From NCBI GenBank assembly GCA_964435595.1, contig CAYSZV010000002.1, forward strand, positions 39,956-103,955: a stretch of DNA of 64,000 bases, read 5' to 3'. The notes beneath the pieces were generated by a model, which was not told the origin of the DNA, did no database searches, and saw only the letters and a list, made by a program, of their open reading frames with translations. Below are positions 63,050 through 64,000 of the stretch, piece by piece. A program made the translations under genes and the position numbers. Numbering within the stretch: the stretch's first letter is position 1; every line of letters starts with the position of its first letter. The DNA comes from an uncultured Candidatus Izemoplasmatales bacterium. GTDB lineage: Bacteria > Bacillota_I > Bacilli_A > Izemoplasmatales > Izemoplasmataceae.

Positions 63050-64000
63050 ATGAATGAAAAATTCTATAGTAATTTGATTCAAAATTTACCAAGTGGTTAT
63101 GGATTCCATAAAATAATTGTTGATGAGAACAATATTCCTGTTGATTATATTTTTCTTGATGTAAATCCAACTTTTGAGCTGTATACTGGTTTGAAAAGAG
63201 AGGATATTATTGGAAAATCTGTAATTGAAGTAATTCCTCAAATAATTGAAGAAACTTTTGATTGGATTCAATTTTATGGAGATATTGCTTTGAACGGTGG
63301 AACCAAAACGTTTACTCAGTTCTCTGAACCTTTAAATAAGACATATAAAATCAAAGTATTTTCACCTGAAGAAAATTATTTCATTACTTTCTTTAGTGAT
63401 TATTCTGAGGAACAAGAAACCATTCAGGTTTTTGACAAGGTAATAAAAAATGCTCCTGTACCAATAATGATACATGCAGAAGATGGAGAAGTTATGCAAA
63501 TTAGTGATACATGGACTACTCTTACAGGGTATACTCCAGATGATATTTCAACTATTGCTGACTGGGCTAATAAAGCTTATGGACTAAAACAAGAAGAAAT
63601 TGTTTCTTTTATTGAACAGTTATATAACTTGAAATCTAGTCAACATGATGGTGAATTTCTTGTGAAAACCAAGTCTGGCGAACAACAGCTTTGGGATTTT
63701 CATTCTACATATATCGGTAAATTACCTGATAGCAGAAAATTAGCTATGAGTGTTGCCTTAGACATTACAGAAAAAAACAAATTAGAAGAAACTCTGTCTT
63801 CTGAAAGAACACTATTTGAGTTGACTCTCTTATCTGTTGGTGATGGTGTTATTACAACTGATGCAAAAGGTCACATAACACTTTTAAACAATGTTGCAGA
63901 AGAACTAACTGGCTGGAAAAGTACAGATGCCATAGGAAAAAGAATCGAAGAAATTTTTCAAATTTACAATGAATTAACAGGAAAAAAATGCGAAAACATT
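63050..64000 (+). CDS. multi-PAS domain signalling protein, N-terminal 317 aa (3' end outside window)
   Basis: AAGGAG RBS and ATG 63050, with the frame open to the window end (not in the ORF track). There are three PAS-like repeats, the third beginning FELTLLSVGDGVITTDAKGHITLLNNVAEELTGW, which is typical of PAS-GGDEF type proteins. Confidence 0.8.
   Translation, partial: MNEKFYSNLIQNLPSGYGFHKIIVDENNIPVDYIFLDVNPTFELYTGLKREDIIGKSVIEVIPQIIEETFDWIQFYGDIALNGGTKTFTQFSEPLNKTYKIKVFSPEENYFITFFSDYSEEQETIQVFDKVIKNAPVPIMIHAEDGEVMQISDTWTTLTGYTPDDISTIADWANKAYGLKQEEIVSFIEQLYNLKSSQHDGEFLVKTKSGEQQLWDFHSTYIGKLPDSRKLAMSVALDITEKNKLEETLSSERTLFELTLLSVGDGVITTDAKGHITLLNNVAEELTGWKSTDAIGKRIEEIFQIYNELTGKKCENI

Noticed and set aside
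63086-63271. 61-aa minus-strand ORF near the window end.
   Set aside because: It is antisense to the open-ended PAS-domain gene that starts at 63050.
1-64000. Search by eye for CRISPR arrays, tRNA/rRNA genes, IS elements, integrases, phage or toxin-antitoxin/defence modules.
   Set aside because: I saw no direct-repeat/spacer arrays and no cloverleaf-like GC-rich segments in the intergenic regions. No transposase, integrase, nuclease or helicase defence-type ORFs were found either. Absence is only as good as manual inspection.

Overview
AT-rich (roughly one-third G+C by eye) chromosomal segment from a low-GC Bacillota/Mycoplasmatota-type bacterium. It uses the standard genetic code: TGA is used as a stop and Trp is TGG. 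An Acholeplasma-like lineage is my inference from Bacillus-like synteny, two T-box leaders, an ECF S-component, many lipoproteins and the sulfo-sugar locus. About 60 protein-coding genes are present, mostly on the minus strand.

Left and centre are housekeeping: rqcH (partial), thrS, dnaI-dnaB, coaE, mutM, polA, acpP, coaX, trmB, pepV, rsgA, tyrS, a ccpA-like gene and rplS-trmD-rimM. Small accessory modules are interspersed among them:
- a Zn/Cd-type P1B-ATPase with an alpha5-type ArsR/SmtB sensor
- an arylsulfotransferase-like gene wedged into the trmD-rplS operon
- an MMPL-TetR operon
- a DUF5320-DUF134 pair
- a GH16-CBM6 beta-glucanase lipoprotein
- an orphan glpP next to an alpha/beta-hydrolase fused to a ~10-TM domain

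The main signal is at 46.6-62.4 kb: a 17-gene, single-strand sulfoquinovose (SQ) catabolic locus. It encodes a GH31 sulfoquinovosidase with the sulfonate-pocket motif, a DUF4867 isomerase candidate, a CUT1 ABC importer, a split transketolase and an RpiB-like isomerase. It also encodes a CoA-acylating aldehyde dehydrogenase, a SucCD-like ADP-forming ligase, an anion permease and two tandem GntR/HutC regulators. This matches the transketolase-dependent sulfoglycolysis route with an ATP-yielding sulfoacetate branch. It carries unexplained extras: a FucI-like third isomerase, the regulator pair and the exporter candidate.

Two genes (coaE and the transketolase C-subunit) are each broken by a one-base deletion, coaE in an A7 run and the transketolase subunit in a short T3/G3 run. 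These may be assembly errors.

No rRNA, tRNA, CRISPR, transposase, integrase or phage genes were seen. All family assignments come from reading motifs by eye; no searches were run.
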